Below the pieces are notes generated by a model, which saw only the letters and a list, made by a program, of their open reading frames with translations, did not search any database and was not told where the DNA came from. Positions 1 through 10,858 of a DNA stretch of 64,000 bases are shown piece after piece. Made by a program: the position numbers and the translations under genes. Origin of the DNA: Paraphysomonas bandaiensis (lineage: Eukaryota; Protista; Chrysophyceae); the NCBI GenBank assembly GCA_965644295.1, contig CBFFRP010000009.1:62001-126000 (forward strand), written 5' to 3'. Numbering within the stretch: the first letter of the stretch is position 1; every line of letters starts with the position of its first letter.

Positions 1-1277
1 TAAGTTCGCCAAAAATAGCTTTCCCATCACAATCAGGACCGAAAAGGTCTTTCCACGACATATCCGAACTCGTTATATTACTGATATCATCGCCGGTAAT
101 TGTACCACGCTCTGTCTCTTTTACCTGCTCCACAATTCCTATGTCATCAGCACCCATTTGGAAATCATTTAGCGATGCATTCGTGACCGAGGTCTCGAGA
201 TAACCTCCTTGCTCTTCGTCGGGGCTCACAAGATTCGCCTTGTCGGATGCACCGTACGAATTAACCTTGCTCTTTTCTAGATGTATTCCCATTTCGCTGA
301 TAGAAGTCTCTAAAGTACTTTTGCCACCTTCATTTGCTACAGAATCAATTCTCATCACGAGTGTATCAATATCATCCTGGCGTATATGAGGTCGTGTAAT
401 GACTTCTCTTATTTCATTCACCAAAGACATTGCTTCATCACGGCTAGCAGTGACCGACTGTGGAGATTTCTTCTCTCGTTTTCTCGCCATCACTATAAAA
501 AATGTACTCATGGTAAATTTGATACCAGGGTGGGGAGAATCAATGCGCAACATAAAAGGGCTATGTCCGTAGTCACGAGAAAGAGATTCGATTCTGACTT
601 TGATGATACTTCTTCCTCCTCTAAGTGGGTTGTCCTGGACTACGTTTACAGGAACAGGCTCTCCGAATCGTGATGTTGATGTACACATTGCACTGCAGTA
701 CAGGGGCTGCTCAACAGCAGATGTTAGGAGTGTTTTGTTTTTGTCATATAGAGATATGCTTAAGGAAATATTATTTCTCTTAAGATCGTTAAAAAAAACT
801 TCAGGAACACCCTCCTCCAAGACGAGCTCAGCGCATATAACCCGATAACAAGCTGATGTCTTCGCCGACAAGACACCTCCAACACTCCTTACTTGAAGAA
901 AAAAGTCGTGCCCTATACAGTTATCCGGCATAACCATCATAACTGTGGTATGTCCCGAATAGATTACAGGAGTAGGCGTGACTTCTACCTGCAGAAGGGC
1001 ATGTTGAGTAAACTACTGTGCTCTGACCATGAACCTTACCAGAGGTTGATTGGTTTCTGATGAAATCGCACTAACCTCAACAGCAAGGGGTTCATCTCTG
1101 TATATAAACAATACATTAATGTTTCTGATACTATTACAAGGCTGTAAAGTACCCAAATATAGGTGGCAGTGAGGAGATGTCTTGGTTCACCAATGTCACA
1201 GTGACCTCGAAAGATTCTCCATAATACACAGCACCCTTATCATCAAGAGAGGACGAAATATGTAGAGCTCTAGTCAT
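1..1277 (-). CDS. Hypothetical protein, 5' part (runs off the window edge); possible Ig-fold CudA/STAT-like DNA-binding domain
   Basis: ATG at 1277 (MTRALHISSSLDDKGAVYYGESFEVTV) and two short GT-AG introns near 1100-1150 and 990-1040. An open frame then runs from ~988 to position 1 and contains IKVRIESLSRDYGHSPFMLRIDS...FIVMARKR. Confidence 0.65.
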
Positions 1278-1439
1278 TTTCTTATTATATAATGCCTGTG
1301 TTAATTGATGTGTGTTGTTGCTTGTCAATGAGGATCTGACTGATAATAATGATTGCAACACAGTACAGAGTACAGCAGTGTTTGCTTCACGTTGAGAACA
1401 GAGTATTCTGAACCCCGTTGAGGAAAACATTATTCGGAA

Positions 1440-1550
1440 GAGGAATCGTATCTTGAATGGGTAGATTGAGATTATTTCAGTTTATAGATATGATTCTGCA
1501 GATGAGGAATCGTATCTTCAATGGGTAGATTGAGATTATTCAGTTTATAT
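1440..1550. repeat. Tandem duplication of ~64 bp between the divergent genes
   Basis: gaggaatcgtatctt(g/c)aatgggtagattgagattatt(t)cagtttata begins at 1440 and again at 1504. Confidence 0.9.
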
Positions 1551-1840
1551 TTTTTTCTTTGGGGAGTCCAATCCGTTACTCTCTCAGTGTTCTCTATACA
1601 GTGTTTTATATCTCATTTTTCGGGAATAAATTGAAGCAAATATACTCTATATTACTGATATACAATTACGGCAGAAATACAGATAATTGTTGTCTCAATA
1701 ATAGAGGCATCTTGGAACAAAAACATACAAAGGATGCCGATACGCATATACATACAGTGGTGTGTGTTAACTCCATAAGAGTTAAGTAGACTTCTATTGC
1801 ATTGAGTACTCATATAAATATCCACATTGTGTGTATAATC

Positions 1841-4647
1841 ATGTTGATAGCAATTCATAATGCAAATGTTGGTTTTGAAGAAGAGTTGACTGAACTCTTA
1901 AAATCAAATAGTCATACAGTAACACTGTGTGATAGCGAGGGTGAGTGATACGAAGCTCATCATACATCTCAATTAATATACTATTATATAGAATTTATTA
2001 GAATATTGGAGAAGACTTATTCTACTTGTCGCAATCCATTAAATGATGCTGATGTCTATAATTGTTTTATTATGAATACTGTCGACCACTCCACTGTCGA
2101 TGAAGCCTTAAATGTGAATATATCCGTACACTACTATCGTACTCTCACTTATATACTACAGATAACTCTGGCCAAGTACGAAGGATTGATAAAGACGCCT
2201 AGAATAATTTTGCTGACCGGCCTACTCTCATGGGCTGGACGGCGATACCATGTACCCATAGGAGGCAGCATCTCCGAGTTCACATCTCGCGTTCCTGCTT
2301 CCAAGGAAGCGTCTGTCTACAAGCTTGAAAATAAATTTCATTCGTGTGCTACCATATCTGGTATGGATATGTGCTTGATTGGCTCTGGTTTGCTTTATGG
2401 TGGTCCTGGTTACGATCTGAAGAATCTTCTTACGTAAGGGCAATTCTTATTTACTTAAAACTCTCTAACATATTTTCAGATCTGTATGGAGTGCCGAAAA
2501 AACTGATGAGATTGTTGTATTTTCTTTATCTGGGGGTAAGAATTATGTTCCCATGATTCACTATATCGATCTGGTTAGAATAGTAGCGCATATTGCTGAT
2601 GTCGAAGCTCTCCCTGCTTTTTTCGTTCCGGCAGTTGATTTTTCTTCGCTTTCTCTGGAGGACGTAGTATCCAATCTCGCAGTCGCGACTAAACGTAAAT
2701 TAAGAATTAGTACAAAAGCCGAAGCGGTGGAGGAAATGCTGGAGAGCACGGAGGACGGTCGTGCGATGTGTTCCCCTCGGAGGTGGAACCTTGACATGAG
2801 GTTTTCCGACTCTCAGCGACTGAACATTGATCTCAAGCACCCAAGTGGAATGTCTGTTGGATGTGGAGAATTATGGCGAGAGTATCTTAGCAATTGTTCT
2901 ACCCAGCCATGCACAATACTCGTGTGTGGTCCCCCAGCGTCACTTAAGACCACTCTTGCGAAGCGGTTGGCGGAACGGTATGTGGTGCTTGTGCACTCAG
3001 TCGTGGATATATGATATTTTCACAGGCTAAAAATTACATACCTCGACCCGATCACTTGTATGAAATATATCATCTCCAGTGTAGAAGCCGCAGCTGAAGA
3101 AGAGCTAATGGAGAATGAAAAGAATCACCAACAGCTCTCAGCCGGAGATATGTCTACAACGCTTGATCTGTCAACTATTGAGGACCCGATGCTAGCACTA
3201 AAAATTGAGCTGCGACGGATTCTTACTGTCTTGATTCAGGGCGATAAGAAAAAGTCGAAGGCGGATGACCCTCCTATAGATCTGACCGCTGTTGAATGGA
3301 CTGATTCTCTTGCAGCTGGTATTCCTGCAGATCTCAAGCGCAGGTGTGCGAAGTGGATGATTGCTGAGGACACGACCTGCGCCCGCAATGGTTACGTGTT
3401 AGACATGTGGGAGTCTACTGTCAAAGAGTTCCCTCATATATTTGAAGTGACAAGTACCAAACCAGATCCTAATAATGTCAACTCAAAGGAACTCATGCGC
3501 TTGCATTCCATGGACGAAGAGAGTGTTGTGTCAGGGGTCTCGCAGACTAAATCCACGTCGCCCCCAACGACTGAGTCAATGGAGAAACTTCCCCGTCTAA
3601 TTGTCGAGCTGCAGGTAAAGCTCATTATGCATCTCACTGTACCCAGGATGTTAGTTTAGTTTAATTTTGCTATTTTGTGCCTTTATTAGAGCTCGAACGA
3701 ATCTATCGTGGATAGGATGACTACAAGTTTCACCGGAGCATCTAGTGGAGGGAAACTCAGTAAGGTTGTTCTTTTTTAAGTTGTTTGCTTTCTAGTTAAT
3801 GGGAGGTCATAGGATCAACAAGCTGTTCTCAAGGAGCTGGAATCAAAGCTCTCTGAGTATGCGTCACATATGGTAGACATACCGGACAAAGCTTCCCAGA
3901 CACAGGAAGGGTGTATAACAAAAACTCACTCGCTGGTAAATGAGTTGGAGAAAAGTGGTTATGTTATTCAGAGAATTGATGTTTCCCATATTCACTCTAA
4001 ACCGGCGGAACCAGAAGAAGTGGCAACAGCCGAGTCTGCACTTCTTGAAGTGTGCTCCCAGGTGCACAAGTACTACGCCGACACACACGGCGAACTGACG
4101 TGGCTGGTTGATTCTACCCAAAGCAGTAATGAGATTGCTTCGGAAAAGCAAGAACAGGCTGAGACTGAGAACTTAGATGTACCCGAAACTTCTAATGGCG
4201 GCCAAAGTAATAATGAGGTAGATGCAGTGCCATCATCTGAGCAGACAGTTGTTGACGACTTGCGTCCTTTCAACGCTATCGACAACATCAATGCGGGAAT
4301 TGCGGCACTGAGTGAATCTGTGAGGGGAAAGATTGTAGAAAATTGTTCCGAGGTAGGTTTGTTACGTCATCTTAACGTTCTTTTAAATATCTCGACAGCT
4401 CGATCAATATCTCGTAGACAATGTTTTACCTCATATTGCGGAAGCTTTGGTTAAGATCAACCGCGAGCACGTGGAGGATCCAGTTTATTATATGGCAGAG
4501 TTTCTAAAGCAAAGGGGTGCAGAAGTCCAGGAAGCTGAAACAACAGCAGCATATGAAAAGTTTCTTTATGCTGTGCACCAAGCAGAGGCAATGGAACAAG
4601 AGGCTGCTGCCGAATTGCTGGCGATGTCAAGCAGTTCAAATAGTTGA
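1841..4647 (+). CDS. AK7: Adenylate kinase 7-like flagellar protein with C-terminal Dpy-30 motif (multi-exon)
   Basis: The spliced ORF pieces give an NAD-epimerase-like N-terminus (LLTGLLSWAG, GSGLLYGGPG), an AK-like ILVCGPPASLKTTLAKRLAE and CARNGYVLD. The C-terminus LDQYLVDNVLPHIAEALVKINREHVEDPVYYMAEFL is a Dpy-30 motif. This is the AK7 architecture; the start at 1841 is inferred. Confidence 0.8.
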
Positions 4648-5131
4648 AAGATTGTTGCGTTGTATTTTGGTTTATCATGCCCTTTTTATAGTATTTCTGA
4701 GAAGTCTGCAGAGTCAGTTTTGTTTGTATGTGGTAGTAGTAATCGATATTGAAACTTAAGCATAATTAAACGTCATAAGTGATTGGTCGTAGCTACCTTC
4801 TACCTAGAGACTGAAAATGCTATATATTTCTGGTACGTCTTTTACAAATTTAACGTTGGACTATTAATTATCTTCAACTACACGATACATATCATATCTC
4901 AACACTTTAATTCTCGTTAGTATGATTGAAAGGAGTGGTTCCTGTAAGGAAATATTGAGAAGACAGTGGCTAAAATTTAAGGGAAGGATGAAAGAGAGTT
5001 AACAGACAATGAGAGAAGACAGCTGGACATCTGCAACTAAATTCATCCATTGATGGTAGTACATCGTACAGCAGTCACGACAAAAGTGAAGGAGCTAATT
5101 TTGCACAATGTGACCTGGACAGCGGGGTTCT

Positions 5132-6046
5132 GGACTCGCATCATTTCGTGGTGTTCTGGGGGATAAGTACCAGAGATATTCATCCGGGAAGCTAACGTGA
5201 GCCGCATATATAGTCAGCAGATAATTTTTTGTCCACTCATAGCCAAATGCTTATGTGGTACAAGGGGTACTAATGAACAGGCATCCGGGAATGGGCCCAC
5301 CTCAAGGGCGCCCTGGGTATTGGGCTGCCTATATTAAAGTCGAGCATCCGGGCTAGCTAAGTTCAAGTCGAGGTAATACCAAAACCTGGGAAAGCGATTT
5401 CACCAGGTTTCATATCTAAGTATTGAGTTATTATTCTACTGTAATTTGTATCTGAGAGGTTAAAGATAAAGAAAAAGTTGAAATTATAGTAGTTGTTAGC
5501 AATATTGATTGCATTACAAGTTGGCCCTGCCACTTCTGTTTTTTGTAATATCATATTCTCGACCGTTTTCATATGTAATAATCAGACATTCTTATAATAT
5601 AATATCATATTCTTATATATAGCTGCATTTGCCTCTCTTGTTGATATTGCAAACGCTCCAACCGAATAGTCTGATTTTGGATACATTGCATACGCATATA
5701 TAGCTATCTTCACCACTACTTACAGTTGTAGTATTAGTACCTATGCTCGGAGACGACGCGGCAACAGCCGTTGGGGGCACATTACTAGTAGGTGGAGGAT
5801 CATAAGCAGGTAGTGGATCATCATTTCTTCTAAGACCTGCTAAACCGGACATCATTTCCTGACGAAGTTCAGCAACAGTAGGAGGTATCAGATCTGCTTT
5901 CTGCTTGTATATGGTACTAGGGACACTAAAAATTTGATATCGCCAAATAGTAGGATATCAGGGTTAAGCACTAGTTAGTTAAATTGATTTGCTACATTAG
6001 TTCTGACTCGTACACTCTGATTGCTAATAATCAGATACTCACTGCT
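5132..6046 (-). mobile_element. Interspersed repeat family A, copy 1, with ~590-bp internal insert (5357-5944)
   Basis: Arms 5132-5356 and 5945-6046 match the reverse complement of 63116-63572 and the copies at 24.3, 25.0 and 36.0 kb. Confidence 0.85.
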
Positions 6047-6055
6047 ATCGAAACA

Positions 6056-6192
6056 GAAAGTTGATTATGACACCTGAGCTTAGAAACATGAATCCATATC
6101 GTGTAGAATTACATGTTGTGGGATGTTTATACCCTCCATGAAGCCCTGTATGAAGATCCTGATGTGCGAGTGCAGAGCGAGAAGTAGTTGCG
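6056..6192 (+). mobile_element. hAT transposase C-terminal fragment (remnant)
   Basis: Near-identical to 49903-50040 (aagttgattatgacacctgagc.tagaaacatgaatccatatcg...). Confidence 0.75.
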
Positions 6193-7682
6193 ATTAGTAG
6201 TCTATTTTATAACTAATGAGTAAGTAAGGGAGCACCATACTATCTATTATCAGCGGTATTATCTACTTTGGTGTTAATTACCATTGTAATTGCTGGACAT
6301 TTTTCATTAATTCCATTTGCCCCATTCCGAGAGCGTACCCTAGTAAAGTGCTAGTGTTGATTATTAAAGCTAAGTAAAGGATAGATTGTTAATAAAAATC
6401 TCAGTGTATTCTTTGTGTGTCGGCATCAAGTAAGCTCTAGATAGATCTACACTATACTTGCATAGCCTATATGAGATGACGAGAAACCCCGGGCCGGCCA
6501 ATGTCACGCTAGACTTATACAGAGTCATACATGGTCACGAGAAGCGCTGCGTAATCTTTGTTAAGTAATGGAAAGACACACATAGTCCTACTAGAATCTG
6601 CGCGAATTACATATATAAAGGCCAAAGGCCATACATAGGTATGAATAATCCCGCGTAATCTTCGCAAAGGTGAACACAGGTGGGGTGGCAACAGAATTTG
6701 TGCGGTCAGCTGCGTTGGTACACGGGTGGTAGAGTCAGTGGTGGTATACCAGCGAGCCTACACTATGGCCAAGGCCATGCCCTCAGAACATCACTTTAAT
6801 AGCCGGGAACTGGACTACCATTAATAGTTATCCTGCCCTGGTTCCTAGCATGCTGCAATGAGTGGACAACATTTCATTATTAACTTTTTACACACAAGAA
6901 ATCATATATATTGTATATTCATGTTACTTCGAAATGTGATTCTTCACTTACCAAACCACTAACCTATTTTGCTGCAAAAAATAGCAATTATAATATAGAA
7001 ATATACTACTATAATTATTGAAGATATAGAAGATACGATTTTAAATTATGACAAATCAATTTTATTGTTCTCGTTTATTACATTCTCAGCTCAACAGATA
7101 TTGAAAGGATAAAATGATTATATTCAAGAAAAAAGGTGGGTCATTATTCAGAATATTTCAGAAAAGCAAAAACGTAAAACGTAATACCGAAAAAAGACGT
7201 AGTTGACGACAATGAGGAGGACGAGAAGGATCCAGAAGGATGAAGCCACTTGTCACCACGAAGACGACTGCTTGTATTAGCAAGAAGTGTCTGGTAGTGC
7301 AGTTTGTGGCCGTCAGCTCACAGAACAGCCTAAGACACTCACGAACCCTCTTCGAATAACTCCTGCTGCTCTTCTGCCTTTATATGTAAATATTATGAGA
7401 CAGGAGTTGCATCGTACTCAGCAACCACAAGAGAGGAGTATTGGTTGCTAGCTGTAGATACCCCTGTACTAGTCCTTCTTGAACAGCGAGGATGGGATGA
7501 TTGATGTGAACTGTCATTTGTCGATAGTATCCACCCTTGTGCTATCAGCTGTCTCACTCTGGTAGATGACATACATTTAGAAGGAATAGCAAAATCCTCA
7601 TTGGGCTGACTACCTACACAAATAGAACCTAAATATCTAGATACTCATAATACATATGCCCTCCGCATGTACCTCCGCACTG

Positions 7683-8255
7683 CATACATACATACATACA
7701 TGCATACATACATACATACATACATACATACATACATACATACATACATACATACATACATACATACATACATACATACATACATACATACATACATACA
7801 TACATACATACATACATACATACATACATACCTACATACCTACATACCTACATACCTACATACCTACATACCTACATACCTACATACCTACATACCTACA
7901 TACCTACATACCTACATACATACATACATACATACATACATACATACATACATACATACATACATACATACATACATACATACATACATACATACATACA
8001 TACATACATACATACATACATACATACATACATACATACATACATACATACATACATACATACATACATACATACATACATACATACATACATACATACC
8101 TACATACCTACATACATACATACATACCTACATACATACATACATACATACATACATACATACATACATACATACATACATACATACATACATACATACA
8201 TACATACATACATACATACATACATACATACATACATACATACATACATACATAC
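7683..8255. repeat. Compound (TACA)n/(TACC) microsatellite, ~570 bp
   Basis: Read directly; interspersed TACATACC blocks at ~7830-7915 and ~8098-8130. Confidence 0.99.
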
Positions 8256-8378
8256 GTGTGTCGTATGGTAGTGTGTGTGGTATTGTATGGACAGCTCAGC
8301 TCTTGTATTCATATCTGTGTCCTAGCTCTCAATATGCATTAAAACACTAACTCCTTCATATTAATATAATTATCAATC

Positions 8379-9401
8379 ATGTCTATGGATACTTCATGGC
8401 ATAGATATGCTCTGTTAGTATGTCTAGGGCTAGTTACATCACTCTATACTCTTCTACGTGCCTATACCAAACACTCTACCACAGTTTCCTATAAGGAGAT
8501 ACTCTACATATCTGAAGTATTCAAATTTATATTTACTTCAATATATATATTAAAAAATAATGGAGAATCTTCTAGAAGCATTGCATTGAAGTTCATGTTA
8601 TTAATAAAATCATCATGGAAGATTCTATTCATAGCTGTGGGGAGTGTAACTATGAATATATTCTCATATGGTGCATATAAATATATTGGTGCTGGTGAAC
8701 ATATTATTGTATCACAAACAAAAATTATAACAAATGCGATATTGTTTTCTATATTAAAAAGGAAAGTCAGTGGAACGAGATGGCGTGCTGTTGCAGTGTT
8801 AGTGTTGGCTGGTGTGCTATTTGTTTCGCCGTATCTGGATCCTGAAGAGGTCAATATGGTCAAGCCAGCAATTGGTTATTTCGGTATATTTCTGGAGGCT
8901 ATATTGAGTAGTATTATCACTGTGTACCTCGATACAATGTATCACTCAACGACAGAGAGTATATCCGTTATTGAGCGGAATTTTCAATTATCCTTATACA
9001 GTGCCCTGCTACTCCTTGGTATGATATTCAAGGAAACGGCTGAGGATGACCGAATTATTCCGTGGACTGGATGGACTGGTATGTGTTTCATAACCTCTCT
9101 AGTTGGTGCCGTGAATGGCCTGCTAGTGGGGTTTACTTTGAAGTATTTTGATATTAATACCAAACGAGCGTCACATATTATCGCAGTCCCAGTGACAGTG
9201 TTTCTCGGATGCTTCAAATTACAGGAGAAGATGACTGTTTCAACCATCATAGGGTGCCTGATAGTGACCATAGGCATATGTAACTTCACAGCCTCTGACG
9301 AAGAATCAGATCATGACCAAGGTCATGCGTACTCTGTGGACAGAACGCATCACGACGAAGAAAGCATAGGCCTCATGGAAATAAAAAAGTCACCAATATA
9401 G
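8379..9401 (+). CDS. Nucleotide-sugar transporter (SLC35A-like, UDP-Gal/CMP-Sia type), intronless
   Basis: 340-aa multi-TM protein with family motifs SEVFKF, SQTKIITNAILF, ERNFQLSLYS and GLLVGFTLKYFDINTK. Confidence 0.85.
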   Translation: MSMDTSWHRYALLVCLGLVTSLYTLLRAYTKHSTTVSYKEILYISEVFKFIFTSIYILKNNGESSRSIALKFMLLIKSSWKILFIAVGSVTMNIFSYGAYKYIGAGEHIIVSQTKIITNAILFSILKRKVSGTRWRAVAVLVLAGVLFVSPYLDPEEVNMVKPAIGYFGIFLEAILSSIITVYLDTMYHSTTESISVIERNFQLSLYSALLLLGMIFKETAEDDRIIPWTGWTGMCFITSLVGAVNGLLVGFTLKYFDINTKRASHIIAVPVTVFLGCFKLQEKMTVSTIIGCLIVTIGICNFTASDEESDHDQGHAYSVDRTHHDEESIGLMEIKKSPI

Positions 9402-9696
9402 TATATATTGTCAGTATGTGTCATGCATTACTGGATAGAGTAGCAGTTGTAGGAAAGGTAGGGGCTACCGTAAAATGATAATAGCTCGGATTGTTGATGG
9501 ACCTATGGTCTACTAGTCCTTTGTATGTGCTAACGAATATAACACTTTCTCAAACATTTTATTAGAAGGCTTTACAAGCGATTAAGTCCTTACGATGGGT
9601 TCCTTGATAATATTTCTAAGAAATCAAACGAAGGTAATAGAATTACGAATATAAGTAGTCAGAGAAAAATATGTTTGTTAGAATTGGACAGTTCAC

Positions 9697-10035
9697 TGAA
9701 GTTAACTTTGCTCTACACATCAAACATCAACCGTAACGTTGCTTTGTTCTTCGTTGAGCACAATGCACTTTCAAGTAAGAAATTATGGTTCTTAATCTGA
9801 ACACTTCACTACAACACATATTCGTGTAACATCTGGTAAAACATCCGTTCTCCAGGCTTGCGTAACCATTAATGGCCTTCCCCCATAAAATGGAAAAAAG
9901 CAATTCATTAATGGCCATAAAAAGCATAAGAAATTTATGTAATATATTATAATACAAAAAGGTAAAGATATGTAAAGACTGCCGTTCTCAGTAACATCTG
10001 TTTATCATATATATGTTTAGCAGTCACTCCTGTAT
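9697..10035 (+). repeat. Interspersed repeat family C (second copy at ~51040-51185) carrying a nested MITE
   Basis: ctgaagttaact(t/c)tgctct and catctgtttatcatata(t/c)atgtt are shared with 51040-51185. Confidence 0.65.
9853..9981. mobile_element. 129-bp hAT-like MITE with 8-bp target-site duplication
   Basis: ccgttctc at 9845-9852 and 9982-9989 flanks a unit beginning caggctt and ending aagactg. Confidence 0.65.
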
Positions 10036-10303
10036 ATTATCACTATTAAAACCAATTCATTTCATCGGCAATCCAATTAATTGGCAATTATTGCCAATAA
10101 ATTGAAACCAATAATTGTTACGCAAGCCTAGTATCTTATATAGTCACACATCAGCACATCGCTCAGCAACGGAATTTATTTCCTTGTAACTATAATCACC
10201 CTTTACACCATTGAGTTGATTTCACCTATTGCACACTGCACACTATTAACTTACTTTAATTGCCCAATATATATCGCATAGTGCAGAACTCAACCATGTT
10301 TGG

Positions 10304-10446
10304 CCTACTAAATTTATCCGACGTTCCTACTAAACTAAAAAGTGCCATTTGTTCCTACTAAATTTTGCAGACGTTTCTACTAAAAGTTTCAATACGGCCC
10401 AACTGCCACCTTTAGTTTAGTGGGAACATCTGCAAAATTTAGTAGG
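10304..10446. repeat. Palindromic, MITE-like inverted repeat
   Basis: cctactaaattt..gacgttcctactaaactaaa occurs in two direct copies, and its reverse complement tttagtttagtgggaacatctgcaaaatttagtagg lies at ~10410-10446. Confidence 0.75.
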
Positions 10447-10858
10447 TTTAGAAATGACACCGATAAGACAAAAGACCTAGAAGCTCCTTCACTTACTCGG
10501 TTAGTATATTTTATTCTATACTGACCAGTAGTACTATGAAGCAGAAACTAAAAATCGTAACTTTATGACACGTTATTACTTTATGACACGAGTATTATAA
10601 ACTTGTGCAATTGTCATCATCTTTCGATGTTTTCTTGCATTCTGCAATTCAATCTAAACTATATATATTGTTAGTGCTAATATTACTATTCGATTCGTTA
10701 GTTGTACAGTTGTACAGTAGCAATTCTATCCACAATAAACGAATTGCTACTTTCACAAACGTGTAAAATCTTGTATTTTACACACCAACATGACAGAAAA
10801 GAAACATCTAAAACGTAAATAACTAATCTACACACAGCACCATGAGTGTTCACCTCAC

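Noticed and set aside
7629-8350. YIHT/MYVC-repeat ORFs
   Set aside because: These are translations of the (TACA)n microsatellite, not genes.
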